NCBI RefSeq assembly: GCF_009914755.1
Contig: NC_060934.1
Length of the DNA stretch: 64,000 nt
Direction: 5' to 3' (one strand)
DNA from: the human T2T-CHM13v2.0 reference genome, Homo sapiens
The translations under genes were made by a program, and so were the position numbers. Below, one piece after another: positions 31,451 to 47,143 of this stretch (positions are counted from its first letter, which is position 1; each line of letters begins with the position of its first letter). The notes under the pieces were generated by a model. The model was not told the DNA's origin and searched no databases. It was given only the letters and a program-made list of their open reading frames with translations.

Positions 31451-32869
31451 GCAACTATTTGAAGTATGTCTGATTTGGGCCAATACTAGGAAGAATTACA
31501 CCACAATGAATGTGATGGAAATGAATGTATTTCTCCTCACTTACATTTATTTCAGGATTATAAAATACTTGTGAAAATTAAAGCAATACAAAAAGTATAA
31601 GGCTCCTGGAACCACTTCAACTTTCTCTGCCTATTCCATTCTCTTCACTTTTTATACACATTTGTATATAATTAACAAAACTACTGGAAACACATTTTAT
31701 TTATAGCTTAATTTTTAAACTCATTATCTCTTTAAGATATTATATATATAAACACATGCTTCATTGTTTTTTACTGGATGTGTGGTGTTCCATTGTATTA
31801 ACCTATTCATGGAATCTTAGGGTATTTTCATTTTTTGCTATGAAAAACAATATTGCAGTTGTTGTGTACATTGTAGTGCACCTGTTCAAGTATTGCTGCA
31901 TGATAAACTCTTACAAATGAATTTTCTGGGTCAAGACCACGTACATTTTAAATTCAGATGAATACTGCCAAATTGTCCACCCAAAGAGCTACACATATTT
32001 ACATTTCACCACAGTTGTGTGAAGGTGTCCATCATTATGCATCCTTGCCGATGTTGGATGTTTTGTATTTCTGCCATGGCCTGGAATGTAACATTTGCTT
32101 CACTTTGCATTTCTCTATGTTTAGTGTTGAGCATCGTTTCACAAGCGTATTGGCAATTTGTATTTCTTCAGTGAAATAGCTGTCTTTTCCTTTATCTGTG
32201 TTTCTATTGGATCTCTGAATTATTCTTACTGATGTATAGGTGTGCTTTATGCCTTATAAATACTAATCTTCTCTTTCATGTATTGCAAATATTCTTCCAT
32301 GTCTATGGTTGATTTTTAAGTTTCTTTGTAATTTCTATTATTGTATACAAGTTTTAATTTTATGTAGTTAAATCTGTGAGTCTTTCCTTGTGGTTTCAGT
32401 TTCAGTCCTATTTAGAAAGTCGTTTCCCACCCAAAACATAAATATTCTTCTGTATTATCGAGTATTTTACACTTTTGTTCTTTAATTTTAATTTGCTAAT
32501 GTTTTGGTTCTTTATCTGTTACTTGTCCCCCTCAAATGGTTTGTCGGTTATGGAATAGTCCATTATTTTCTTGCATCTTATGGGATTGCAACTAAATTCT
32601 ATTCTGAATATCTATTTGCCTGGTATTGTCTCAATTAATATTTTAATTATTGTAATTTCATAGTATTTTTAGATATCTGTAGGGAAAATTTGCCCCCCCG
32701 TACTCACCCCACTCCACCCACTGGGAAGGAGTAGAGTACAGTGGTTAAGGCTTCAGGCTCTAGTGCCAGGATACCTAAACACAAATCTGCTACTTACTGG
32801 TTATAATTTGGGTAGGTTGCTTCATGTCTCTGTGCTTTAATTTCCTAGCCTTTAAGACAGATAATGATA

Positions 32870-35505
32870 GTGCTAAAATAGTTTTATTGTATTGAGACCA
32901 GAGATTGTGGCTTGTATGATTTCTGTGTTTTATAACTGGTTATGATTTTCTGTGTGGCCACATACATAGTAATTTTTTTGGCTGTAAATTTACATAGCTT
33001 GAACATAATGAATAGTTTCTGTTTGGTGAGTGCAAAGTTCTAAATATATTAAAAGAAGTTAGCCATGCTATTAAAATTTTCTGTAGTCTTATTCTTTTAA
33101 TTTTGTCTTTTTAATTTGAAGGTATGCTATCTCTGTCAAACAAGAATAATTAAAGCCTTCACATTGTTTTTTGGAAGTAACTAATATTTTGTGTTATTAA
33201 AACCAACTTATTATGTGTTTTCTTTTTGTGGTGCTTTATTTTTATGTTTTATCCCCTTTGTTTCTTTCTTTAGCTGACTAGTCAAGTGTTCTTTGCTACC
33301 CTTCTTTTTTACTTTAGTAATTTGGATGTCATAATTTCTATCTCTATATTTCTAATTAGTATTCTTAAATTTTATCTCCTTCTGATGCTTGAGCTTTTAT
33401 TATTATAAAATTTCTATTTGTCTTTGTATTAATATTATTATCTTAAGGTCTACTTTATCTAACATTAAGATGTTACTACATTATATTTATTGAGATTGAA
33501 GTCTGCACAGGTTATCTTTTTCCATCCTTTTACTTTCAACTTATCTGTATCTTTATTTTTAACATATGGCTCTCGTAAATAGCATTTAGTTATATCTTTT
33601 AACTTTATCTGTCTAGCCAATCTCTGCCATTTAATTGGAGTGGTTAAGCCATTTATAGTTAATACAATTATTAATATGGTTGAATTTAAATCTATCACCT
33701 TTTACTATTTGTTGCATGTGTTCTTTGTCTCTCTTTTTCTGTCTTCTTTTAGATTAGTTAGATACTTGTTTGTATTCCATTTTACCTCCTATATTGAATT
33801 GTTAGCTATATCTCTTTAAAAATTTTAGTAGTTTATTTCACAATTATAATATGCACTTTTTACTTATTACCATCATCTTCCCTGTGTCATTTATTATACC
33901 ATTTCATGTACAATGTAAAAATCATATGACAGCATACTTTCATTTCTTCTCTCATGCCTTTGGTATATTGTTATAGATTTTACTTCTATATATAAATCTC
34001 ATAAAACATTTAAATTATTTTTACTTTAAGCAATCAATATACTTTCACAGAAATTAAGATTTTAAAAAATTTACCAACATATTTATCATTCTCAATGTTC
34101 TTTATCAGTTCGGTTAGATTTGGTTTTTCCCTTTGGGATTATATCCTTTTAGCCTGAATAACTTCCTTTAGCATTTCTTATAATGCAGATTGCTGGAAAT
34201 AAATTCTCCTGGCTTTTGTTTTCTTGAAATTATTAATATCTTTATTTTGCCTTTATTTTTGAAAGATTTTTTTGGTTGGATGTAGAATTTTCGGTTGACA
34301 GTCGTCATTCAACACTTTAAATATGTCTTTGCATTATCTTGTGGATTCCATTGTTTCTGATGATAAGTCAGCTTCTACTGTTATTGTTGCTTTTATGAAT
34401 GTAATGTGTTTTTGCTCTTGATTGTTTTTAAAACTTTCTGTTTATGTTTTACTTTCAGCAATTTGATTGTGATGTGTCTAGGTTGGTCTCATTAGTATTT
34501 TTCCCGTTTCTTTTCATTGAGATTATTGGAGATATGGTTTGTTGTCTTTCATCAATTAAATAGTCCTAAGACTTTATTTTATCCAATATTTCTTCTACCC
34601 AATTCTGTTGCTCCTGTATTTTTGGTTCTTCAGGTACATATACATATATATTAGACAGTTTGATAATGTCCTACAGATCTTGGATGCTCTATTCTATTTT
34701 TAAAGTATTTTCCCTCTCTGTGGCTCAGTTTAAGATAATTTCTATTGACTTGTCTTCAAATTCACTAATTCTTTATGCTACTGATTCTATTGTGTCTATT
34801 CTGCTGGTATGTTCATGCAATAAATGTTTTATTTCAGATATTCATGAGTTCAGATCTGGAATTTTCATTTGGTTTTTAGAGATTTAGTTTCTCTGTTGAA
34901 GTTTTCCGTCTATTATCCATTGTGTTCATCTTTCCCTATCATCTTTTAACATATTCATAATGGAAAATCCCTTTCCACCAATTCCCACATCAAGATGATC
35001 TATACCTTTGACTTTCTCTGTTGATTGTGGGTCACATTATCTCTCTTCCTTTGCATGTCTAGTAACTATTATATATTGGACACTGTGAAACATACATTGT
35101 AGAGATTCTGGATTGTTATTTTTCCCTAAGAGTATTGAATTTTGTTTTGGCATGCAGTTAATTTACTTTTGGGTCATTTTAGTCTTCAGAACTTTAATTC
35201 TAGGCTATTGTTGGGCAAATCTATCTTGTTTTTTTTTTCCAAGATTGTATTCCTTAATCTGGGACATGGTTTTTACTCCTATGGTTTTGCCCTTCTGAGG
35301 TTTCAGTAGAAAGCCTAAGTTGGATAAATTTCAACCCCAGACTGTATCTCCTAGCACTGGCTGGGTGCTGAAATCTCTGCTTGGCTCTTTAGACTGTGAC
35401 TGTTACTTTCCACTGGGGTTCTTGTAGTCTTTTTCTGCACATTGCAATTTCTGAGTTAGCCAAATAATTTGAAGGAAATTTATACACAGAACTTGGGTTC
35501 CCCTT
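32870..35505 (-). mobile_element. Old L1M element spanning the ORF1/ORF2 junction
   Basis: ORF 33465-33698 reads TINGLTTPIKWQRLA...CYLREP...DKLKVKGWKKI, a degenerate ORF2 endonuclease N-terminus. T-rich plus strand. Additional L1M 3' sequence at ~31650-32700. Confidence 0.8.
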
Positions 35506-35512
35506 CTGAGGC

Positions 35513-35888
35513 TGATATGGTTTGGCTCTGCATCCCCACCCAAATCTCATGTTGAATTGTAATCCCCACATACTGAAGGAGGGGCATGGTTGGAGGTAAC
35601 TGAATCATGGGGTGAGACTTCCCCCTCGTTATTCTTGTGATACAGTTCTCATGAGATCTGGTTGTTTGAAAGTGAGTGGCACTTCCCCCTTCACTCTCTC
35701 TCTCCCCTGCTGCCAGGTGACGATGTGCTCGCTTCCCCTTTGCCCTTCTGCTATGACTGTAAGTTTCCAGGAGCCTCCCCAGCCATGCTCCCTGTACAGT
35801 GGAACCATGAGCTAGTTAAACCTCTTTTCTTTATAAATTACCCAGTCTTAGGTAGTTTTTTATAGCAATGTGAGAACGAACTGATATA
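35513..35888 (+). mobile_element. MSTA-like MaLR solo LTR
   Basis: TGATATGGTTTGGCTCTG start; ttaaacctcttttctttataaattacccagtc 3' block. 5-bp TSD GAGGC at 35508-35512 and 35889-35893. Confidence 0.9.
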
Positions 35889-38800
35889 GAGGCTAACCTC
35901 CTTTACATGGAGGTTTCTTCTTTGTTGTATTATGTATTTTTTTATTTCTATCTGGTTTATCTTTTGCATAATTATTTTTTTCTCTTCTGCTTTGCTGATT
36001 GGTACTCTTTGAAGCTCTTCAACCTGTATATGGATTTATGTTTATGTTTTTATTCTTTTCAGTAGTGTTTCAGGAGGGTAGAGAGACAAAATATATGAGT
36101 TCAATCAGCCATCTTGACCTAGATGTCTCTTTAAAGAGATCTAAAAGTTTTTCTTTGACACAGGTTTACATTTTTTAGATACAAATTTATATTTTAAAAA
36201 AATTTATCATTTATCCATTTTTACTTTTACCATGACTATTTTTATGGTTCTCTGAGTTATCCTTCAAATGACCTCACTTTGTCTATCTAAAATCTACCTG
36301 TTTTACAAAATTCAGCTCAGAATTTACTTTTCTGTGATGTGTTGTTTGAAATATCAGCCCTGAATTAATGTACATAATACTGATGACAGTTATATGGAAG
36401 TCCCACATTTATTTTTATTTATTTTTTGATTATAGAAATACTTGGTTCCTGGATATATTATGTTTTCATTCATTCTTGTGGACCAATAAAAAATCTTCAG
36501 TCATATAATGAGAACATATTAAATTAGACTTTTAAATATTAATGCTTTATTTATGAAAACCCATGTGAAACATTGATGCTTTGCTTTTGTTTCTCCTGAC
36601 ACAAAAAAAATCATATTGTTCATTAAAAGCAAACTGGGGTTGTTTGGCTTTAGAGATGATGATATGATAATGATGAGAACAATGATAGTAATAACTAATA
36701 TTTATTGAGTATTTTCTATATGCCAGGCAGAGGCATAGTTAAGGCAATTTACTCCTTGACTATTCAAACAACTCTATAAGGTAGGAATTTTATAATGCTT
36801 TCATTTTTTTGGATGAGAAATTCAAAGCTTAGAGAGGTTAAAGATTTCACCCAGCGTCACATTGTTAATAAATAAGATGACAGTGTTTTGAGTGAAAATT
36901 TTAAATTGAGTATTTTATGTGTTGAAACAATTTACACCAGATTTGGATGGGGAGGGGGAAGAAAGGGGCTGGTAGTGAGGCTTTCTTATAATTAAATGAC
37001 CCTAATGACTTCAGTGAAATCATGGATACAAAGGGGATTGACAATTCCCGAGCAAGTGGGGCTTTGACATTCACCAGATGGCCCCCAGCATGAATGATGT
37101 TATACCCAGCAGCTCCCTGGGAGAATCCTTAGGGATTATTATATCCATTCCCTTCTTTTTTTTTTTTTTAAGAAGATTTTTCTTTTTTTCCCTCTTAACC
37201 AAGGGCCTTACTCAGAGCCTCCTTGTTGCTCAGTGGCAGAGCTGGGCCCAGCACCTCAATGTCTTGACTTTTGGCCCACAGGCCTGCGTTAGCATGGAAC
37301 TTCCTCCCTTCGTAATAATGGGTGGGTTCTGCACATTTGGCCTTGTCCTTTTCCCATTCATTGGGGGTTATATGAATGCAGCTATGTTTCTAGACAGGCT
37401 TTGTGGGGCAGCTACTTGGGAGAGCTGCTCTTCATTACAACAAACTCTTGCTCTAAAGGAAGTCCTGGCAGTTCCCTTCTGTGTATTTATCATACTTCTG
37501 TGGGATGCATGAGACAGACATGTTCACAGGTCCAGAGAACAACACGAGATGATGAGTGAGCCCGGCCTTTGGGCGGTGTATTCTCCTGCAATGGTCTCCC
37601 TGGCCTGAGGTTTCCTGTAGATTTTATTCTAAGTATCGGGAAAAGGGATGGAACCTGAAGTTCAGGGGTGGGTGTTCCTGGAGGTGTTTTTTCTATGAAG
37701 ACCAGCTTGAAAACCCAGAGGGCACCACATGTCACAATGGGAATAGCTGCACTTTGGGAAAAATATCTGCAGATGGTAACACTCACCTTCTTTGTTCCAG
37801 GTTGTTATCCTGGCATGATGTGGGCGGGGGGCACAGTGTCCACTAATCTCACTTAAGATAATGTCTGAAATCACTTCCATTCCTCCACTCCTGCAGGCTC
37901 GGACATGCATTGATTGGGTCCTACTGTGCCAGGCACTGTGCCAGGCCCAGGGAACATGGAGACGAATAATGGCATGTGCCTGCATCACCACTGTCCACAT
38001 GGACAGCAGGGGCCTTGGAGATCTGGGCTGCAGTGGAGCTGGGACTTGGGTGGGAAGAATGGTGGCTCTCAGAGCTAAGAGCAAAAAGGGAGTGGAGGAC
38101 ATCAGGGACACGTTTTGCCTGGGGCCAGCTGTGCCCCCTGTGCAGGCCTTGCCTCCAGCTCTCCAGCCCCAGGGCCAGCTCTTTGGACTCTTTTCCATAA
38201 GTTATAACAACTGCTTCTTCTCTTTTTTTTGTTGTTGTTGTTGAGTGCTTACTCTGTGCCAGGTAACGTTTTTATGCTGTATGTGCAATTATCTCATCTA
38301 AACCTTACAACACCACCATGATGTAGATGCTGTCATTTTTCTCACTTTATAAATGGCGAAACTGATGCTCGGGGAAGGAAGTCATTTGCCCATAGTCATT
38401 TGCCAACAGGTGGCACAGATGGAATTAGAGTCCAGGCTGACTTTCAACTTCCTTGTTCCCATTGCTCTGTTGCTGCAGTTGGGTGGGGTGATACTTTGTC
38501 CCCAGCTTCCCACATACTGGCCCGCCCACTGCGGGTCATAACAAACCCACACTCAGATGCAATCCAGTCTAGTGGTGATGATCCGAGCATCAGGAGCCAG
38601 AATGTGTGGGACTAAATGCTGCCTCTACCTCTACTTGTATTACTCTAATCTCTCCTCCCTCAGTTTACTAATCTGAAGAGGATAGTAGAAATAGTGCCTA
38701 CTGGATGGGGTTCTCAGGGCACAAATGCTAGCAGAGTAGTACCTGGCACGCAGGGAGAACACCACAAATGTAAGCCCTTACATTGCCTTCATAGGTGCTT

Positions 38801-40876
38801 GGCTAAAGCTTTCCTTACCCTTCTTCTTGCCCCTGTCTTTAGAGCACTGTGTTTTTCTGTTCCCTCTCCCAATGGTCTTCTTGTCACCCTGACCTTGTCT
38901 TGCCTGTGAGAGCCACTTGTTTATAAGAATTATCTTAGTTCGCCATAATCTTGGCTTCTTTCTTAAATCCAGTCTCTCCCTGGATGTCAGCAGACTTGTT
39001 GGAAAACAGTGTCTGCCTTAGAATAACCAATGTAAAAAACATCAAGAGGCTCGGACGAAGCTTGATTAATTATCTGTGTACTTTATGCCGAAAGAGTGAA
39101 TCATGGTCTTCATTTTCCTCTCAAGAATGTGAGCTGCCTGCTTTGAATTAATCCAGAACGGTTCAAAAAAAAAAAAAAAGAAAAGAAAAAAAACCTTCTC
39201 TACTGCTATGTCAGCATTTGGAATTACTGCCTGAGGCTTTTCTTTTTCCTTCTCAGAGAATCTAAAGGTATGTCGAATAATTGTAATTATTTCAAGTTAA
39301 AAAAAAAAAAAAACAGAAGAAAAGAACTTTGTGAAAGTTGTGCTCCAGAAAGAAGTGTTCCCATCGTCAGTTTTTTTGTTTGTTTGTTTCTGAGCAAGAT
39401 GCTTTGAAAATCACCTCCCATTTTTCTGCTCGCTGAGCTGGAAATCACAAACTCTTGCCTCTGATGGGAAATCAGAAAGCAGCTCTTGGTCTGGACTGAG
39501 CTGGGTCTGATGCCATATTGAACAGAGTCAGGTTCTATATAAGAATCAGTGTCAGAGAGAAAGAAGTCTGGGTGTCATTTCCTGGCGTGGCCTTGAGCTA
39601 GGAAAGCATTTGCCCCTCTCTACAGTGAGCCCCTTGGGAGGAGGGGCCTTGGCTATTGTGTTCACCTTGTCTCTGTCACCCCTGATATATGCCTGGCACA
39701 TAGTAGATACTCAGGAAATACCAAGTGAATGAATTGACTGCAGTGAGGGGATTTCAGATCACACTTCTGCCTACTGGAGGAACGGGCTGTCCCCATGGGA
39801 ATCTCCTGGGCCTGAGTACAGCAGACAGGGGCCATGGCTTGTCTGGCCGACATGCAGAGAATCTTAGAGGACAAGTTGAGGAGGGCATGAGTCACTCAAG
39901 GACAAGTTTCTTCTCCAGGAAGACACACAACAAGGAAGGGGTCAGGAGTTTCACTGAGATGTCCTTTGGGTCTGCCACCCCACCAGATCCCTGGAATGGG
40001 TGGCCCCTGGCCCTCCCGCATTGCCCTTTGCCACTTAGAGGCTGTGCAGGGTTGGACCAAGGAGGGAGATGGCAAAGGTGACAGCGGGCTTGTGTGGGTT
40101 TGTGCTCATTTGGCTAAATGTCAGGACACATACCAAGGTTTTCCACGTTTTCATTTCTCATAGTGACCCATGCCTAGGGCTGACTGTCCCACCTTCTTGT
40201 GAGGGGTCCTTGGTGGAGTCTGGCCTGTTTCCCCAGGTGCAGCTTCCAGGCCCAGATACTTGGCACATCTTCCAGGAAGGGAGGTGTTCAGGGTGCCTGC
40301 TTTACCCTCATAGCTGAAGCTCACCTCTTCCAAAACCACAGCTTTTAAACAACTTATCTTTGCTGGAATTTTTTCTTTTTCTTTTAAGTCAACTATTTGG
40401 TAAAATTATGAAACAAGCATAGGCTTGATGTAGGAAACTTATATGATACACAGAGAAAATGGATAGAAAATAAGATTATTTATGATCCTACTACCCAGAG
40501 AAAACCACAGTTAACATTCTTGTGGGTGGTCTTTTAGTCTTACGCCTGCTCCCATGATAATGCATACTTTCTTTACACAAGAGGTATGTCTCATCTGGAA
40601 TAACATTTTGTAGCCTGCCTTTTTCCCTTGGTTTTATGCCTTCAGCATTTTCCTATGCCAAATATTCTTTCTTGACTTGTTTTTTAAAAAGCTGCAACAC
40701 ACTCCATTAAATGAAAGCAAATAATTTAATACAGCCAGTCTGCTGGTGTTGGACACCCAGTTTTTAGTTGATGTAGTTAACACCATGATGAACAACCTGG
40801 AACATTCATTGCTGTGCATACCTCTGTATGTTCTTAGGCTTAATTCCTGGATAAGGAAATTCTGAGTCAAAAAACT

Positions 40877-41307
<431 letters not shown>

Positions 41308-42199
41308 TCAAATGTTCCTTGCTAGAAAAACTATCACTGAGCATCTGTCCCATGTTCCACACCCTTCTCTGTCACATTATCACATTCCTCTGTTTTGTTT
41401 TTCTTATGGCATTTATTGCGATCTGAAATGATGCTGTCCGTTATTTATTGGTGTCCCTGTTTATCATCTGCCTCTGCTCAGCAGGCTGTATGTTCTGTGG
41501 GTGCAGAGACCTTGCCTGTCGGGATCATTGCTGTCCTGCACTGCCTTCCCACCATTCCCCAGGATCTGGCTCACCATGGTGTGCAGGAAGTGTTTGCTGG
41601 ATGAATGAATGTTTACCCACACCATTAATGATACTCATATTATCATGCATTTTTTAATAAAAATCGTTGCCTTCATTCTAAAACAAATGCTGCCAAATTT
41701 AATTTAACCGATGGCTGGAGATGAAATGGTGACAGATGGCCCTCAGGTAGTCATGTAATTCCTTCTTGTTCTGATGAGGTATGAGGTCCTTTTCCATGAA
41801 ATAACTGGAGGTTGTAATTATTTTGGTTTGTTTCTTATAGTTTAAAATGTTTTCTCTATTATTGAAAGGCTATGGATGGTATGCTCTCTAAAGCAAGTTA
41901 GTTTCTGTTTCTGATTTGCAGCTGATAATCCGATAAGGCCTTGAAAGGAGATAGTCACCTTGTTAAAATTGTATGTAAAGTAAGATCACTCTTATTTAAT
42001 ATTTAGGTTTAGCCTGAGTGTCTGGACAGCTGCAGGGTTCAGGTGCTGGAGGTTTCTACCTGCCTAGACCTTTTTGATTACTGGCTGGTTCTTAGAGAGG
42101 GACAGTTTTGACGGTTGAGTACCTGGTGCATGAGGTTTTACCATTCTTGTTACTGAGTGTGTTGCCCCCTTGAGTACAATAGCAGAACATCTTCTGACT

Positions 42200-42680
42200 A
42201 ATCCAGTAGTTAGAGGTTGAATAAGGAGTGCATCCAAGGATTATTGGCTGTGGATGTGCATCTGGTGCAGGCTGGGGAGGCTGTCCAGGGCCATGCCTCA
42301 GGACCCTGAATCTGACCTCCTTTGTCCAAGGTTTTGATCAGCAACTTGGATAAAGACATAGAAGCCAGCCTTATCAAATTTGCGAATGACAGAAGACCGA
42401 GATGGAAAGCTAATATATCGAATAATAGAATCAGGATTCATAAAAATCTTGACAGAGAGGATGCATCTGAAACTAACAAGGTAAATCCTAACAGGATTAC
42501 ACATGCAGTCGGCAGCTCACTTCAGCAGAGCTGGCAGCAGCCACCAATGACGGGAGAGGACTGGCTTGAAGGCAGTTTGTGGAATTAGTAAGGTCCTGGG
42601 TTTCCTAAATGTTTATTTTTAAAAGTAATTCTTCCTTCTATACTATTAACAGCAGTAAGGCATCCAGACCTAAAGGGTGC
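42200..42680 (+). mobile_element. CR1/L3 LINE reverse-transcriptase fossil
   Basis: ORF 42322-42588 reads LISNLDKDIEASLIKFANDRR...ANISNNRIRIHKNLDR, matching the CR1 pattern FINDLD..IE..LIKFADDTKL...RI.IQ.DLDR. Preceded by a degenerate (G)VPQG motif (atgcctcagg). Confidence 0.75.
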
Positions 42681-43704
42681 TAATCTGCCCCCAACACTGC
42701 TCCTGCCCCCTTGTCTTTCCTTTCTTGCTACAACAACACTTTCCCCACTGTCCTCTGCTCCCTCACCCAACCCATTTGATTTTCAGGCCCAAGTTGGGCT
42801 CTACTTTATCTGAGGAGCTTTCCCTAAGTCTCAAGGCACAGCAAGTTAGGCTCTTCTTCCAAGCACTCTAACAGTACCCCTTCTTCCCCATTAGGGTGCT
42901 CACCAAACCATGTGACCAGTGTCTGTCTGATTGTACATCTTCCCTTTGGATTAAGGACTCCTGGTGGGCAGGGCCTGTGTCTGCCTGTGAGACGCTCCAC
43001 CCTGAGCTATGACACAGTGACTGGCACAGACAGATCCCAGTGGACACTTTGGTTGGTGGCATACATTCCTGGAGCATGGGGTGGAGTCTGGGTCCCACAC
43101 TGTTGGATCTTGTACCCCTGTAGGCCATCCAGGAGTGGCAGCTTTCTAGCCCTTGTGCTATGGAAAGCACATGGTGGAACTGCAGATACCTAACCAGAAT
43201 ACAAAAGGATGTGGTGAGGACTGTACCATGTGCAGGCTGTCATGGATGGAGGGTGTGGACTATTTTGAGGGGCTTCAGGGCAGCCCAGGGGACATCAGGG
43301 AGAAGGGATAACTCAGTTCCTAGAATGGAAAGGGTTTAAAACCATTGTAGCTCCAACCATCTATGTACTGCTTGCTTGGTAGGAGTTGTCCATTCACTGC
43401 AAATGTTGAATTGTGGAGAGGATTTTTAAATTGGAAGTGGAAGAGTTGAAAGATAATGATAATGGCAACCACAATATCAACAGCTAACTCTTCCTGGAAG
43501 TTCCCTGGGCATCAGGTGCTTTATACAACTGGGTCCTTACAGCCTCCCTGAAAGGTGTCTGGTGCTCTGTGACCTCAGTGGAGCAGACAAGGAAACAAAG
43601 ACCATGATCAAAGTTTTATGGCCAGTAAGGAGCTGATAACTGAAGCTTGATCCCACTCTGAGGGCATCTGATGCTGAGATTCTACTGTGCTGCCATTTAG
43701 CAAC

Positions 43705-44053
43705 TGATACGGTTTGACTGTGTCCCCACCCAAATCTCATCTTGAATTCCCATGTGTTGTGGGAGAGACCCAGTGGGAGGTAATTGAATCATGGGGGCAG
43801 GTCTTTCTTCTGCCCTTCTCATGATAGTGAATAAGTCTCACAAGATCTGATGGTTCTATAAGGGGGGGTTTCCCACACAAGCTCTCTCTTTGCCTGCTAC
43901 CATCCATGTAAGACATGACTTGCTTCTCCTTGCCTTCCACCATGATTGTGAGGCCTTCCCAGCCACGTGGAACTGTAAGCCCATACAACTTCTTTCTTTT
44001 GTAAATTTTTCTTGGGTTTGTCTTTGTCAGCAGTGTGAAAACAGACTAATACA
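43705..44053 (+). mobile_element. THE1 (B/C-like) MaLR 5' LTR
   Basis: TGATACGGTTTGACTGTGTCCCCACCCAAATCTCATC start, ACAGACTAATACA end. Confidence 0.9.
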
Positions 44054-44552
44054 GTAAATTGGTACCAGCAGAGTGAGGTGCTGCTGAAAAGACACCCAAA
44101 AATGTGGAAGCGACTTTGGAACTGGGTAACAGGCAGAGGTTGGAACAGTTTGGAGGGCTCAGAAGAAGACAGGAAAATGTGGGAAAGTTTGGAACTCCCT
44201 AGAGTCTTGTTGTATCGTTTTGACCAAAATGCTGATAATGATATTGACAATAAAATTCAGGCTGAGGTGGTCTCAGATGGAGATGAGAAACTTGTGGGGA
44301 ACTGGAGCAAAGATGACTCTTGTTATATTTTAGCAAAGAGACTGGAGGCATTTTGCCCCTGCCCTAGAGATTTGTGGAACTTAGAACTTGAAGGAGATGA
44401 TTTTAGAGTACATGGTGGAAGAAATTCCTAAGCAGCAAAACATTCAAGAGGTGACTTGGGTGCTGTTAAAGGCATTCAGTTCTATAAGGGAAGCAGAGCA
44501 TGAAAGTTTGGAAAATTTGCAGCCTGACAATGCAATTGAAAAGAAAAATCCT
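44054..44552 (+). mobile_element. THE1 internal region, truncated
   Basis: Starts GTAAATTGGTACC. MaLR ORF remnant MWKRLWNWVTGRGWNSLEGSEEDRKMWESLELPR. Confidence 0.88.
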
Positions 44553-44555
44553 GTC

Positions 44556-45349
<794 letters not shown>

Positions 45350-45507
45350 TTCTCTTAGGGGTCTTGTGAGGACTGAGTGAATTAATGAAGTTAATGAGTG
45401 TAAAGCACTTAGAATGTCCCAGGCATACACTGAGTCTTTGGGCATTCCACTGTGGTCACCACCATGGGCCTTGAATCCCTGCAGTGATGGGGCCCTGGAA
45501 TAGAAGA

Positions 45508-45926
45508 TTCTGTGATTTGAATATTTGACTCCTCCAAACTTCATGTTGAAATTTGATCACCGATGTTGGAGGCAGAGCCTAATGGAAGGTGTTTGGGTCA
45601 AGGGATTGGATCCCTTAAGAGTAGATCAGTGCCCTCCTTGGGGATGGGGTGAGTTCTCACTCTATTAATTCCCATGACAGCTAGTTGTTAAAAAGAGCCT
45701 GACCCCTCCCCACTGTCTCTTACTTTTTTTCTGGCCATGTGATCTCTGCACGTGGAGCTCCCCGGGCCTTCTGCCAGGAGTTAAGCAGCCTGAGGCCCTC
45801 AGCAGATGCAGATGCCCAATCTTAAACATTCCAGCCATTAGAATTCTGAGCAAAATAAACCTTTTATCTTTATAAATTACCCAGTCTCAGGTATTTCTCT
45901 ATAGCAACACAAAATGGACTAAGACA
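45508..45926 (+). mobile_element. MSTB/C-like MaLR solo LTR
   Basis: tttgaat...tcatgttgaaatt start; aataaacc...ataaattacccagtctcaggt...aaatggactaagaca end. Confidence 0.8.
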
Positions 45927-46242
45927 GAGGGAGAGAGAGACAAATGAGGGCTCTGCAGTCATGGAGCTTCCAGGCTGGTGGAGATGACCAGCAATGAGCA
46001 AGTATCTGTATAAGTGCTACAGGAAATTTCAAATGTGATGTGCTAGTAAGTGAGCAGATGTTACCATTGTTAACATTTTGGGGATTTTCTTTTTGTCTCT
46101 TTTTTTCTATGCATATGTGCATGTTCTATAAACAATAACAATATTAGCAAAAGGGAGAGCACAGGATCTGCTATATTCTTCCCTTTTACCTAACAGTATA
46201 TCATTGCAAATAGTCAATCACCATAAATGGTCAGTGTATGGC

Positions 46243-46656
46243 TGTCTTAGTCTGTTTTATGCTGCTATAACAGAATACCTGAAATTGGATAATTCATAAT
46301 AAACAGAAATGTATTGGTGCATGTTTCTGGAGATTAGGAAGTCCAAGATCGAGGTGCCAGCATCTGGTGAGGGCCTTCCTGCTGCACCATCCCATGGCAG
46401 AAGGTGAGAGGGCAAGAGAAGGTGAGAGAGGGCAAAAGGGGGGTGAATTTGTGCTTTTATAAGGAACCCATTCCTGCAATAATGGCATTAATTCATTCAA
46501 CGGGGCAAAGCCCTTATGGCCTAATTACCTCTTAAAGTTCCCATGTCTTAATATGCTGCATTAGGGATCAAGTTTGTTGCATTGGGGATCACCTCTTAAT
46601 ACTGTTGCATTGGGGACCAACACATGAACTTTGGGGGACACATTCGAACCATAAAA
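46243..46656 (-). mobile_element. MSTC/D-like MaLR solo LTR nested in the 5' tip of an MLT1D-like LTR
   Basis: tgtcttagtctgttt...gggggacacattcgaaccata. Near-TSD ATGGC/ATGGA at 46238-46242 and 46657-46661. Confidence 0.8.
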
Positions 46657-47143
46657 ATGGAAGAATAATGTTCCCCCAGGGATGTCCACATCCTCATTCC
46701 TGGAGCCTGTGAACGTATAACCTTACACGGCCAAGGGAATTAAGGTTACAAATGTAATTAAGGTTCTATTCAGATGACCCTGAGATGGAGAGATTATTCT
46801 GGATTAGCTGGTGGGCCCAGTGTAATCACATGAGTCCTTAAAAGTGGAAAAGAAGAGGCAGAAGAGGAGGTCAGAGAGATGCAATGTGTACAGGACTCAA
46901 CCTGCCATTGCTAGCTTTGAAGATGAAGGGACCACAAAGCAAGGAATGAGGGCAGCCTCTAGATGCTGGAAAAGGCAAGGAAGTAGATTCTATTCTAGAG
47001 CTTCCAGAAAGGAATGCAGCTTTGCTAGCACTTTGCCTTTAGCCCAGGGAGATCTGCATCAGACTTTTGACTTCCAGAACTTGTGTTACTTAAAGCCACT
47101 ATGTTTGTAGTCATTTGTTACAGCTGCAGTAGGAAACTTATAC
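46657..47143 (+). mobile_element. MLT1D-like MaLR LTR
   Basis: agaataatg...gatgtccacatcct...gagattattctggatta...tttgttacagctgcagtaggaaacttatac. Confidence 0.8.
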
